From Octopus sinensis (lineage: Eukaryota): a stretch of DNA of 36,399 nt. The stretch lies in the NCBI RefSeq assembly GCF_006345805.1, contig NW_021828080.1, forward strand, positions 1 to 36,399, in the 5' to 3' direction. The notes below the pieces were generated by a model. It worked only from the letters and a program-made list of their open reading frames with translations, had not been told where the DNA came from and did no database searches. Made by a program: the position numbers and the translations under genes. Shown one piece after another: positions 35,753 to 36,399 of the stretch; the first letter of the stretch is position 1, and the number at the start of each line of letters is the position of its first letter.

Positions 35753-36399
35753 GATGCACACATACGTATAGATAAAGTACTATACTGCGAGTTCCTCTGA
35801 TGGGAGGGAGCCGAACAGTAGGTTGTGTAGACAAATAGTCCGGCAGGGAGACACACAGACAGATAGGTAAATACGTAGGATGATTAATACAAACATACAC
35901 ACATACATGTGTATGTGTCTGTGTATGTATGTTTGTTTGTGTGTGTGTGTCTGTGTCTGTGTGCGTGTGTAAATATTTACATATGTACATAATAAACAGA
36001 TTTTGTTGTGAAAATATGAATAATATTCCTAGTTCAACGTTTATTTCAAAATGCTTCTCACCGCCACCCTTACTTCAGAACCAAATATTCTTACTTCAGA
36101 ACCAAATATTTCACGTCAGCGATATTTCTTGAAATTCTTGTGAAGACTTTGATCTTCTTCGGAAGCAACGATAAACATCTTTACTTTGCACTGTAATCCC
36201 ACAGCTGCTTCTGGCAAATTCGTAGATAGAGAGATATACGTTGATAGTGTTAGCGATGGAGGAATTTTTCTTCCTCTTGTGATATTAAGAGTTGATCCTT
36301 GCTGAAAGAGCATTTAATCTGGAAGATTCGCTGTAACTGACGTTTATTTGGTCACTTTTGGAACGGTAAGATATCGAGACTTTTGTGAATGTATGGAAA

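Noticed and set aside
36116-36365. Candidate exons on both strands near the window end
   Set aside because: The plus-strand AG..GTAAGA interval has in-frame stops; the minus ORF has weak donor support and no recognisable domain.

Overview
AT-rich eukaryotic genomic DNA, almost entirely intronic or intergenic and repeat-derived. The SINE families and the very high microsatellite density resemble coleoid cephalopod (Octopus-like) genomes; this is inferred from recall, not from a search. No intact protein-coding gene is recognisable, and nearly all ORFs in the track are microsatellite or SINE artefacts. Contents: (i) about 30 copies or fragments of four tRNA-headed SINE families; (ii) a 5'-truncated R4/Dong-type non-LTR retrotransposon (CCHC knuckle plus REL endonuclease) ending in (TAA)n; (iii) decayed APE-LINE and Penelope-like remnants; (iv) long (TACA)n, (TA)n, (ATT)n, (GAA)n, (TAG)n and (TATC)n arrays; (v) one plausible minus-strand Thr-rich exon. 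The most interesting unexplained signal is six degenerate minimal type I hammerhead-ribozyme-like scaffolds in short repeats from about four different families, three of them inside long fold-back (inverted-repeat) elements. Hammerheads in Penelope pLTRs are a known class, so any novelty would lie in these families, their CCGA-core variant and the fold-back arrangement. Repeat boundaries are approximate (about +/-10-20 nt).
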